64,000 bases of DNA from Pristiophorus japonicus. Its lineage: Eukaryota. The DNA lies in contig NC_091999.1 in NCBI RefSeq assembly GCF_044704955.1, forward strand, positions 10,602,001-10,666,000. The letters are read 5' to 3'. Shown here piece after piece: positions 13,561 to 24,929 of this stretch (its first letter is position 1; the number at the start of each line of letters is the position of its first letter). Under the pieces are notes generated by a model. It had not been told where the DNA came from and did not search any database. It was given only the letters and a program-made list of their open reading frames with translations. Made by a program: the position numbers and the translations under genes.

Positions 13561-14366
13561 ATACATACCTGCCAGTCGCCTCATGACCAACAATTTCCTC
13601 TCCTGCTGGTGGGGATGGCGGGCTAAGTGACGTGAAGTGCATCCCTTTTTCATAGTGACTCTCCGAAGAGACATATTTGGCGCTGGGTGTTTGTAACTAA
13701 TTCAAACTCTATCTAACACTTTCCTTGCAGAATTGATGGAGCCTGTAGAACTCTACCCCACAAAGAATTCAACACCTTCAGGACAGTCTGAAAAACCAGT
13801 TGCTTGGATGGAGGCGTTGGATCTGTAGCCCAATGTCATAACAACTGATATCCAACCATTCTATTACATAACGGACACCAACAATGTCCTGCATGTGAGT
13901 TGTGTGGAAGGCATTTCTGAGAATCCAAGCTGGTGTTTCGATGAAGGGCCCGATGTTCCAGTTTTGACTACAATTGATGGGATGGAAGATGCCTGCGTGT
14001 GAATTTTTATAACATGCGGTGATGGTTGTACATAAGTCACCACACGGGCTTGACAGAGCTAGTCCTTTATCCAATGGTCAGGATTAACCAAGACGACGAG
14101 AGACCTGCTTTGCTGCACGGAACCAGCAGGCACACATGTCGCATTGTGGGCTGGCCCGTGCTGCCCCTGGACCCTCGGCTTTTCTGTGTCGCACCTCCGC
14201 CACTATCTCTCGCCACTTCTCCGCAATAAACATTCACCACATCTCGCCACAAAAATTCGGCACTCATCCTCTGTACCTGGGCCCTGCCGATGTTCCTGCC
14301 CACGCTCCAGAACGGCGACGAGTGTTTTGATCCAGTCGCCCATCTCAAATTCATCGCACACTTGGA

Positions 14367-17300
14367 GCAGCTCACTCTCCCTCCCTCAGTCGGTGTGCAG
14401 CACCCTCCCTCTTCCTCCCTCCCTTGCTTGCTGTGTAGCGATCTCCCGACCGAGGGGGAGAGAGGGAGGGCATATACACCCACCGAGGGGGAGAGATGGA
14501 GGGAACTACGCATGGACCGAGGGCGAGAGAGGGAGGGAAGTAGCACGGACCGAGTGGAGGAGAGGGAGGGAACTACACACCGACCGAGTTGGAGGGAGAG
14601 GGAGTACACCACACACCGACCGAGGGAGAGAGAGGGAAGGAACTACACACCGACTGAGGGAGAGAGAGAGAGGGAACTACAAACCGACCGAGGGGGAGGA
14701 CACCGCACACTGACCGAAGGAGAGAGAGTGAGGGAACCACACACTGACCGAGGGACAGAGAGGGAGGACACCACGCACACTGACCGAGGGAGAGAGACAG
14801 AGGGAACTACACACTGACCGAGGGAGGTAGACGCAGGGAACAACACACCGACCGAGGGGGAGAGAGAGGGAGGACACCACACACTGACCAAGGGAGAGAG
14901 AGTGAGGGCACGACACACTGACCGCGGGATAGAGATGGAGGGATCTACGCACCGATTGAAGGAGCGAGAGGGAGGGAACTACACACCGACCGATGGAGAG
15001 AGAGGGAGGAACTACACACCAACCGAGGGAGAGAGAGGGAGGGAACTACGCACTGACCGAGGGGGAGAGTGGGAGGGAACTACACACTGACTGAGGGAGA
15101 GAGAGGGAGGGAACTACGCACCGACCGAGGGGGAGAGAGAGGAAGGGCACCAGACACAGACCGAGGAAGAGAGAGAGAGTGAAATACACACCGACCGAGG
15201 GGGAGATAGAGGGAGGGCACCAAACACTGACCGACTGAGAGAGAGGGCTGGAACTACACACCGACCGAGGGGGAGTGCGGGAGGGAACTATGAACCGACC
15301 GAGGGGGAGAGAGGGAGGGAACTATGCACCGACCGAGGGAGAGAGGGATGGAACAAAAAGACCGAGGGAGAGAGAGTGGGAGGGCACAACACATTATTCA
15401 AGGGTTAGAGAGGGATGGAACTACACACCGACCAAGGTGGAGAGAGGGATGTAGCTACACACTGACCGAGGGGGAAGGAGGGAGGGAACTACACACCGAC
15501 GGAGGGGGAGAGAGAGTGGGAGGGCACCACACAGCGACCGAGGGAGAGAGAGGGAGGGAACTACACACCGACCGAGGGAGAGAGAGTGAGGGAACTACAC
15601 ACCGACCGAGGAGGAGAGAGTAATGGAACTACGCACTGACTGAGGGGGAGAGAGGGAGGAAACTACAAACCGACGGAGGGGGAGAGAGAGTGGGAGGGCA
15701 CCACACACCGACCGAGGGAGAGAGAGGGAGGGAACTACACAACGACCGAGGGATAGAGATTGAGGGAACTACACACCGACCGAGGGAGAGAAAGTGAGGG
15801 AACTACATACCGACCGAGGAGGAGAGAGTAATGGAACTACGCACTGACTGAGGGGAGAGAGGTAGGGAACTGCACAGCGATCGAGGGGGAGAGAGATGGA
15901 GGTCACCACTCAGTGACTGAGGGAGAGAGAGTGAGGGCACCACACACTGACCGAGGGACAGAGAGGGACGGAACTACGCACAGACCGAGGGAGAGAGAGC
16001 GAGGACACCACACACACTGACAGAGGGAGAGAGTCGGAGGGAACTCCACACCGACCGAGGGAGAGAGAGGGAGGTAACTACACACCGACTGAGGGAGAGA
16101 GAGGGAGGGAACTACACACCGACGGAGGGTGAGAGAGGAGGAGGACACTGCACACTGACCGAGGGAGAGAGACGGAGGGAACTACACACCGACCGAGGGA
16201 GAGAGAGGGTGGGAACTACACACCGACGGAGGGGGAGAGAGACGGAGGACACCACACACAGACTGAGGGAGAGAGAGTGAGGGCACCACAAACTGACCAA
16301 GGGACAGAGAGGGAGGGAACTACGCACAGACCGAGGGAGAGAGAGGGAGGGCACCACACACACTCACCGAGGGAGAGTGATGGAGGGAACTACACACCGA
16401 CCGAGGGGGAGAGAGGGAGGGAACTACACACCGACCGAGGGATAGAGATGGAGGGAACTACACACCGACCGAGGAGGTGTGATGGAGGGAACTACACAGC
16501 GACCGAGTTGGAGAGAGAGGGAGGGCACTAAACACAGACCGAGGGAGAGAGAGGGAGGGAAGTGCACACCGACCGAGGGGAGAGAGAGGGAGGGCATCAC
16601 ACACTGACCAACTGAGAGAGAGGGAGGTAACTATGCACCGACTGAGGGGGAGAAAGTGAGGGAACTACGCACCGACCGAGGGAGAGAGGAATGGAGCTGC
16701 ACATTGACCGAGGGAGAGAGAGGGGGAGGGCACCACACATTGACCGATGGTGAGAGAGCGCTGGAACTACACACCGACCGAGGGGGAGAGAGGGATGGAG
16801 CTACATACTGACCAAAGGGGAGAGAGGGAGGGAAATACAAACTGACCGAGGGGGAGAGAGGGAGGGAACTACACACTGACCAAGGGATAGAGAATGGGAG
16901 GGCACCACACATTGACCGAGGGGGAGAGAGGGATGGAGCTACACACTGACAGAGGAGGAGAGAGGGAGGGAACTACACACCGATGGAGGGGGAGAGAGAG
17001 TGAGGGCACCACCCACTGACCGAGGGAGAGAGAGGGAGGGAACTACACACCGACCGAAGGGGCGAGAGGGAGGGAACTACTCACCGACAGAGTGGGAGAA
17101 AGGGAGGGAACTACACACCGACCGAGGGGGAGGGAGTAATGGAACGACACAATGACCGAGGGAGAGAGAGGGAGGGAACTACTCACCGACAGAGTGGGAG
17201 AGAGGGAGGGAAATACGCACCTACCGAGGGGGAGAGAGGGAGGGAACTACGCACCGACTGAGGGAGAGAGAAGGAGGGAACTACGCACCGACCGAGGTGG

Positions 17301-17468
17301 AGAGAGAGGGAGGGCACCACACACTGACCGAGGGAGAGAGAGAGGGAGGGAACTAAACACCGACCGAGGGGGAGAGAGGGAGGGAACTACACACCGACCG
17401 AGGGGGAGTGAGGGATGAAACTACACACCGACCGAGGGAGAGAGAGGCATGAAACTACACACTGACCT
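14367..17468. repeat. ~3-kb purine-skewed minisatellite (~34-bp unit GAGGGAACTACACACCGACCGAGGGGGAGAGAGG), with a short inverted copy at its left edge
   Basis: Direct visual periodicity. ORFs here are low-complexity artefacts. Confidence 0.95.
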
Positions 17469-18911
17469 GATTCGCAACCACAGGGCTACTGCCAGCTGAC
17501 TCTTTGACAAGGCCAATCATATCCTCAGCTGACAATCACACAAGCAATTCCCGGGCAGGAGCAGTTGGTCAGTGACAAGGAGCAGGAACCCCGGCTGAGT
17601 CTTGCACTCCATAACTCTCAGACACCGAGGACGTGGGGACCAATGTTTCACTTCCCCCACATCCCACAAACAGCAAAGGAGAAAATTCATTTGCGTTTTA
17701 TTGAGGGACAGATTTCGGCTCGGGGAGCCACAGTCAAAGGTGCTCTTCAAACCCTGCCACAGGATTTCTACCATCCATCTCTTGGATGAAGCCGTCGCTT
17801 AAACTCTTATCTGAAAGAGAACGCCTTAATAACACAGCAACTACCAGTGCACAAGGCTCCTGCGCAAATTCTCGGTCTTTCACTTCCCAAAGTAGTGTAG
17901 ACACGAAGCCGCACAGGCCTGTCTAGTTCCAAATCTGAACCTGAGTCTAGGCTCGGCTTAGGTCACAGTTAGGCTCATTTATGTAAAATGCACAGAACCA
18001 GCATGTTGCTGGGGGGGGGGGCGGCGAGGGGAGTTGTGGAGCGGGTTCAGAGTTCCCAGGGTGACAGGTAGCACGGCTTCAGATCCCCACTGTGAGGCGC
18101 AGGTCGGTTTCAGGGCTCCAAATGTGAGGTGTTGGGCGGGTTCAGGTAGTCTTTCGTCCTTTCACATCAATCTGCAAAATTGTACATTTAATCGCTTCAG
18201 AAATCGGATCTCTGGGTTTTCCAATTATTCACATTTTACTATCTCTATCCCCATTTTCCACACCATTCCGCTCTCTTATCCTGCCCACTGGTTAGTATCA
18301 GAATTCAATTCTTCCGATGTTGGATGTATTTATCTGATGATTATTGCTTGACGGGCCATCCCAACCCATTGTGACAATTGGATTTCAAATTATCAATATC
18401 TATTCATTCTAAAATTTGCACAAATGTTGGGGAAACTACAATTGACCAATGCCCAGGGGTCTGATCAACAAAAACAATGATAGGACCTGATGTCCTGTGT
18501 TGGATAATCTGAGAATTGTTCAGATTTTCAAATAGCCAGGGTGTGAGAAATCCGGTGTTTATTCCCTCAACTGTCTGTAGTTCCTCGTTATCGGAATATG
18601 GGTTGGAACAATTCTGAATAAATGTAGAGAGATTCGGCAAAGGTTTTTCATCGTTAGATTAAAGGCTGATAGAAGGAAGTTCATACAATTGTGCGCAAAG
18701 GGTGGAGATAGGGGATAAGAAGAGATAGGCATCGGCAAAGGCATCGAAAGAAAAAAGGGGAGATAAGGCATCACAGATTGATTCGTGAAGTTGTTTTTTA
18801 ATGATATATGGGAATTGAAATCAGCAATAATATTATAGCGCTTGTGGAGATCACCTGTTGTTGAGTGTTGCGTTTTTTCCCGTTTAAGAACTTCCCTGTA
18901 ACTCTCACTGT

Positions 18912-19080
18912 TTGGGCTGTATGGTACAGAAATACGATGTCGGAGGTGTCAGAGATTAGTGCTTTTCAGCTCATTAGCTCAGTTATCTTGCTACTTTAAT
19001 TAAACGTAGAAGATAATCGTTCAGTGAAGTCATGCTTCCTGGCATAATATAAACCGTGCACTGCGGAGGCTGCCCGGCGT
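18912..19080 (-). pseudogene. Degenerate TCR V fragment (family C), RSS deleted
   Basis: The reverse complement gives PGQPPQ..DFTERLSSTFN*SSKITELMS*KALISDT..YFC, homologous to 33878-34181. Confidence 0.7.
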
Positions 19081-19326
19081 TTTAGCCCAAGATCAAATTC
19101 AAATATTTCCAACCCAATGTTAGTAATCACATTTTAAAAGCTATCTCACCAGCGCCGAGATCTGTCCACTTATAATGTCCCTCGATAGTTTTGGGTCTTC
19201 GACTAGTAATGGAACTCACTGGATGTTGCGGGAACAAAGACATCACCGGCATCGAATTGGTTTAGATTATTTTTCGAATTTCACCTTATTGAGAGAGTGA
19301 CAAAGAGAAAGGCACTTACTCGCTAT

Positions 19327-19531
19327 TGTAATGACTCAAAGGTCTGCTTACTGTAAACTCACTCAGGTGCATCCTGATCCAACTTTATTCCAGCTCAATT
19401 GCGCCTGCGTGACAAAGACACCCAGTTTATATACAGGTGACTAAGCACACATGCTACATGCATAGAGCCCGATGTCCTCCGACCGCAGCGCCCTGTGGCG
19501 TGTGGTGACCCCCAAGCATTAATACATAACA
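19327..19531 (-). mobile_element. Solo LTR (205 bp) nested in a LINE
   Basis: TG...CA ends; 5-bp TSD GCTAT (19322-19326 and 19532-19536); TATA-like and AATAAA motifs on the minus strand. Confidence 0.8.
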
Positions 19532-19536
19532 GCTAT

Positions 19537-20760
19537 ATCCTTGCATTAAAGTATATAACATTCAGCACAGGAAGGCCTCCTTCCTTACTACATACTAAGC
19601 CCTGCAACCTCTGTCTTACAGATTCGCTTTCTAGATTCTTGCTATCCAATATCTGCTTTACTTGCTTCCCTTTTTAAATCCGTTCTCAGGTTCCCATTCT
19701 CCTGCCAAGCTAGTTTAAACTCGCCCCAACAGCACTAGCAAAACTCCCCGCAAGGATATTGGTCCTGGAACTGTTGAGGTGCAAAACTTTCGGTTTGTAC
19801 AAGTACTATCTCCCCGAGAAGCGGTCCCAATGCCTCAATAATTTAAAGCGCTCAGTCCTACACCAACTTTCCAGACACGTGTTAATCCTCTCTAATCTTC
19901 TCTTCTTGTACTCATTAGCACGTGGCAGCGGTAGTAAACCGGAGATTACTACCTTTGAGGTCCTACCCTTTAATTTTCTTCCTAGCTCCATGATTTCTTC
20001 CTGTAGGACAGCATTCATCATTTTACATATGTCGTTGGTCCTAATAAGGATCACAATCTCTAGCTGTTTACCATGTCCCCCAGGATGCCCTCCGTCTGTT
20101 CTGTGACATCATTGACCCTGGCACCAGGGAGGCGCAAAACCATTCGGGAGTCACGTCTGCGGCCGCAGAAACGCCTCTCTGTTCCCCTAACTTTCGAGTC
20201 CCCGAGCACTATCGCGCTTTTGTTCTTCGTCCCTCCCAATTGTGCATCTCAGCCACCCATGGTGCCTTGGAAGTAGCTCTACTCCCCAGAGGCCCCATCG
20301 TCCTTACCGGTACTCAGAAGTGAATATCGGTTTGAAAGCGAGATGAACTCACGGGGGGATTCCTATGCTACCTGCCTAGCACACTTACTGCATCTGCTGT
20401 TAACGCACTTCCCCTCTACCTGCACCACTTTAAGCTGCGGGGTGACCATCTTCTGAAACGTGCTATCCACGTTGCTCCCAGCCCCGTATTGACTCCACCC
20501 GCTGCTCCAGGTCCGAAATGCGGCAGCGAGTTCCACATTCTGAATCCTCTCTGTGTAAATAAATTATTTCTAATGTCTTTATTTATTCTGTTAGTGACTA
20601 TCTTATAATTGTGGCCCATTGTTCTAGGCTCACCAATAATGGAAACAATTTCTATACGTGGATCCTATCGAACCATTCGTAATTGTAATAACCTATTTCA
20701 GTTCTGCTCTTTTTCTTTTCTTCTCCAACGAAAAGAGCTCCCGTCTGTTCAATCTTTCCA
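19537..20760 (-). mobile_element. CR1 ORF1 (SGNH/GDSL esterase) fragment plus an adjacent CR1 3' fragment
   Basis: GRKLKGRTSKVVISGLLP..INTCLESWCRTERF, homologous to 39525-40076; NNLFTQRGFRMWNSLP at ~20520-20620. Confidence 0.85.
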
Positions 20761-21634
20761 GAAATGTGCGGATTTCTGCTGATGTCTTTTTTCAGGGGCT
20801 TTTGAATTCCGAAGCTGAGAAAAGGGCTGGAGCTCAATCACAGCCCGTCCCTATAGTAAACCTCAATCCCCTGGTGTCGCGTTGTGCTTTGAACGGCGCA
20901 GAGACCGGTGTCTCTTCACGCTCGCCTGGTCGGTGAAGTCAGATATTTCTCTCCTTTTCGCTGCATGTATCAGACCGGCCACTGGTAATATCGGTCGGGC
21001 CGGCCCATGTATTGAACCCACCGCATCAGATATAGTACCGGCTGCAGCATGTCACGGACCAGCCGCTGCAGATGGAGCACCGGCCGCTGCTTGTAATGGA
21101 CGGGCCGCTGCAGGTATTAAATGGGTCGTTGAATTGCTGGTTTCACTCTACCATAAACTCATTCACACTACCCGATTCTGAGAGCCATCTTCTGCCCAGG
21201 AGAAAGCTCTGTGCAGCCTCCCCCCACCACGGCTCCCAGAGAGAGGCTTAACTCCCTCATTAAGAGTTAACACCGAAAGCAGAGTCCGGTGTGTCGACAA
21301 TCTGCGCACAATTTCAGCAACTTCGGATCAGAGAGAGAGAATCAGGAACATCCCTTGGACATCCTGAGGTCCCCGTGACACCAATGATGATGCAGATGGG
21401 GATCATACCACAACAGCCTGCCTGCTTCGTGGGACTCTTACACCTCTAAACGCCGGACCCGAGCCCCACCTCAGTTCATATTCTACTCCCCGAAATCTGC
21501 AATGGAAAGGCTCTATTAGGAAACGGCTCTGTTTTACTTCGAAAGAGATTAAGGTGATATTGATCACAATACTAGACTTACGGTGAATATTAACCGGGAA
21601 TCTCTGTAATAAGGCGTGGTTTGGAGTCACTTAC

Positions 21635-21689
21635 CGGCTGTGACCGTCACCACATTCACGGATCCATCCACAGTATCATAATAGTCCAC
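21635..21689 (-). CDS. NARTCR: NAR-TCR J segment
   Basis: VDYYDTVDGSVNVVTVTA followed by a phase-1 gtaagt donor; 23-RSS with heptamer 21690-21696 (CACAGTG) and nonamer 21720-21728 (TCAAGAACC). Confidence 0.85.
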
Positions 21690-22070
21690 CACAGTGACAC
21701 AGGTCTCAGTCACGCCGAATCAAGAACCACCGACTCCTTAATCTGCCGGCTATACACCACCAGACATTAGGTACTGCCCAATTATTCCAGAGATCAATAA
21801 TCAAAATTTATTTCCCACACTCCCCGTCGGTTCAATCTGTTCCTTGTGAGATTCTGAGCTCGTAGTAAAATGCCCCAGGAACACGGGCCAGCGATAGAAG
21901 CTTCATATAAATGGAGAAAATATCAGCGAAAGATAACCGAAAGTAGGAATTACACTGAAATTAAACCAGATTACAGCGACAATATGATCAAACCTACAAT
22001 TCAGATTCCGGGCCCGGGGAATTTATGCTTTAATTGTGTATAGGTTTTTTATCAGGTCTCTTCCACTGTG

Positions 22071-22083
22071 CTGTTCCACAGAA
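22071..22083 (-). CDS. NARTCR: NAR-TCR D segment (TTCTGTGGAACAG) flanked by two 12-RSS
   Basis: On the plus strand: GGTTTTTTA-12-CACTGTG (22043-22070) and CACAGTG-11/12-A-rich nonamer (22084-~22111). Confidence 0.85.
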
Positions 22084-22460
22084 CACAGTGTTTCACATCA
22101 GCAAAAAATCTCCCGTAATCGGTGAGATGTTGGGACATTAGGTACACGGTGGGGTCTGCGGTTCCCGGTTCAAGCTGTTAGAACAGCATCCCATCTGGTA
22201 TTCGGGACTTGCAACTGCACTCAGTCATTCCCAATCGCCATTCATCGACACTAATCCCGGGAAAGACGTCACCGCCTCCACACACTCAGCATTTAAAAAA
22301 CTCAAACTGTTAACTGCAATAATCCAATCAGATTATAAACTAGACTATGCGGCAGACAATGCGAGGCGGAACTGCGTGTTTAATCCCGCTTTTCACTGGT
22401 TTCTGTCACAATCTGCAGTGAGTGTTTTGGTGTCGCGGGAAGCCAAGGCCCATCACTGTG

Positions 22461-22952
22461 TATTATATATGTACTGAGCTTTACAGTAATAGGTGGCGCT
22501 GTCGTCAACTCGCACATCCCTAATTTCCAGCGAAAATGTATTTTCAGCCTCATTCGTCCTCATAACAAATCGCTTTTCGCTCGAGATCTGCTCCCTCTCT
22601 GTCCCGGTCTGGGTTTGTCTGAAGAATTCCCCACGGGTTAAAGGATTAGCCCAAAATCCACCATAGAAAACGCAGGTGATGGTGAGAGACTGACACACCT
22701 GCCTGGTCACCGCTGGCGGGGTCTGTACCACTGACTGACTGAACGAGCCTGGAAATTAAACGGAGAGAGTGGAATGGATCATCTGAGTCGAACCACACAT
22801 TGGGGCTAAAACCCAGATAAAGTCTTCACTTCGGATGGACACGGCATCTTTATTTTAAATCTGCACAACTTCGATTTGTTTGAACGGTACTCACGGGGGA
22901 AACAGATACACAGCATGAAAACAAGCAGGATTCCAATGATTGTGCTGCCTAT
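22461..22952 (-). CDS. NARTCR: IgNAR-like V of a NAR-TCR cassette (leader 22952-22895, V exon 22748-22461)
   Basis: VVQTPPAVTRQVCQSLTITC..EREQIS..RF..FSLEIRDVRVDDSATYYCKA. Spacing is VNAR-like (48 aa from position 41 to Cys104, versus 60 in the Vs at 8135 and 30029), with an extra FR1 Cys. RSS CACAGTG-22-ACCAAAACA at 22460-22423. The leader begins with ATA rather than ATG. Confidence 0.9.
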
Positions 22953-23539
22953 AACGGATGGTTCATTTGACGGGGAGCTGGAGACTGTAGCCCTGGACTG
23001 CTTTTGGGGATTACACCTCAGAGCGGGACTGAAACACTTTAGAGGATGAAGTGATTTGTAGAGGGCAGTATTCCGGTGATCAGTGTTGGGCCGCACGGTC
23101 TCCAGATCTCTGGTTGTGAGCTGTTTGAAAAAGCAATAAGTTTCACGAGAGACCTGCAGTTTTCTGGTGCTTCATTTAGCCTCTGAGCCCATTGAGAAAG
23201 CCCCTCCAACATTAGTCTGATGTACAGGCCGGAGTTGTTTTTCAGCCCTCCATGGCCGATTCATTAACTCACTGAATCAACTCTCAACCTCCCTTCAGCC
23301 AGGAGCTGCCGTGCTGTTGGTTTGAAGAGAGTGCGGGTATCCTGAAGAGCGGAGAGAATCTCTGAGTAGTTTGGACACCGAATCCGGGAATCCCAGGAGG
23401 TGGACAGCGCTCATCAAACAAATCAGTGAAAGACGGATTGAACCAAAGGAAAGGAAAGAGAAACTCAACTGGTCCCCGTGGAAATAGACGTGTAAGAATT
23501 TTGCCCCCAAGGTGAAACATGACACGGCAAAATATACAT

Positions 23540-23900
23540 TTTTATGGTGAGGAAAACAATTTTTTATACAGACGGAGGAGAGAAATGTGGACTGACTGCA
23601 TGAATTATATTACAGTGGAATTGATTAAGTGACAGGAAATAGAGATCTTTGTGAACGGCTGTCTATCGAACTGCAGGAGGGTGTATAGTAATGTTCATCA
23701 GGCTCAGTACTGAGACAACTACTTATCTTGATGTATATTAATAACTTGTACTTGAGAGTACAAACCATAATTTAAAAATTTGCAGCTGATACAACATTTG
23801 GAAATATAGTGAACAGTGAGGAGGACAGCGAAAGATTTTAAGAAGATATAGACAGGCTGATGGAATGGGTGGACACATGGCAGATGAAATGTCTCGATCC
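23540..23900 (+). mobile_element. CR1 RT fragment
   Basis: KFAADTTFGNIVNSEEDS..LMEWVDTWQM-like sequence. Confidence 0.75.
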
Positions 23901-23959
23901 AATTTGACTTCCTGAACCGACAGAGGACAGAGCTCCCCAAAAGGCAGCAAGATCCAGCC

Positions 23960-24310
23960 GACTTGCCTTACCACAGTCCAAGTGCATGCCTCGCCTGATA
24001 AATTACTTTACCCCAGTCCGAGTGCATGACTTCACCCGCAGAAGTGCCTTACTCCAGTCCAAGTGCATGCCTTCCCCAGGCAAAGTGCGTTACCCCAGTC
24101 CAATTGCATGCCTTCCACCCGAAGTGCCTTACCCCAGTGCAAATACATGCTTCCTCCAGCCGAAGTGCCTTACCGCAGTACAAGTGCAAGCCTCTTCCAG
24201 CCGAAGTACCTTACCCCAGTGCAAGTGCATCCTTCCGCAGCCGAAGTTCCTTACACCAGTCGAAGTGCATCCTTCCCCCAGCCAAAGTGCTTTACCCAGC
24301 GCAAGAGCAT
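23960..24310. repeat. ~33-bp minisatellite (CCGAAGTGCCTTACCCCAGTGCAAGTGCATGCCTT-like)
   Basis: About 10 degenerate units. Confidence 0.85.
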
Positions 24311-24504
24311 CCTCCCCCCGGACCCCACCATAGATGGAGCATTGTGTACGCATTGTTAACAAGTTTATTGGGTATGAAGTGAAAAGTGACAGTTTCATGA
24401 CTTGTGGATTTCTTGCACTCCAACGATGTCCCTGAAAGATGGTTGTAATTACGAGATCCGTCTTCCCTGAGTTTCCTTTCTCCCCTCCGACATCCCTGCA
24501 CGTT

Positions 24505-24840
24505 TGTCTCTCCCCTGTCACCCCAGCTCCAGTATCTCTCCCTCGCTCTCTCCCCCAGTCACTCTCTCTCCCCCAGCCTCTCTGTCTCACAGTCTCTCTC
24601 TGCCCCAGTCTCTTTCTCTACCTCTCTCTCTCCCAGCCTCTCTCTCTCTCCCAGTCTCTCTCTCCACAATGTCTCTTACTCTCTCCTCAGCCTCTCTCTC
24701 CTTCACCCACCAGTCTCTCTCTCTCTCCCCCAGCCTCACTCTCTCACTCTCTCCCAGTCTCTCTCTGTGCTCCAGTCTCTCTCTATCTCTCTCTCCCCCA
24801 GTCTCTTTCACACGCCCAGTCTCTCTCTCCCTCTCCTTAG
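24505..24840. repeat. CT-rich low-complexity repeat
   Basis: (CT)n interspersed with CCCAG. Confidence 0.9.
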
Positions 24841-24929
24841 TCCAGTCTGTCCATCTCTTCCACCCCGTTTCGACCCCCACCGCTTCTTTGCCTGATGCCG
24901 CCGTTCTCGGCACCCCGTCGCCACTCGCC

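Noticed and set aside
14067-17418. Many long ORFs rich in R/E/G/T or S/L/P/V
   Set aside because: They are translations of the minisatellite in all frames, with no gene structure.
14367-17468. Ig switch-like region
   Set aside because: There are few AGCT/WGCW motifs, and the G-rich strand is the template for minus-strand V transcription, the opposite of R-loop-forming switch regions.
22145-22420. Second NAR D (CACGGTG at 22145; GGTTTCTGT at 22398)
   Set aside because: No heptamer/nonamer partner at 12 or 23 bp.
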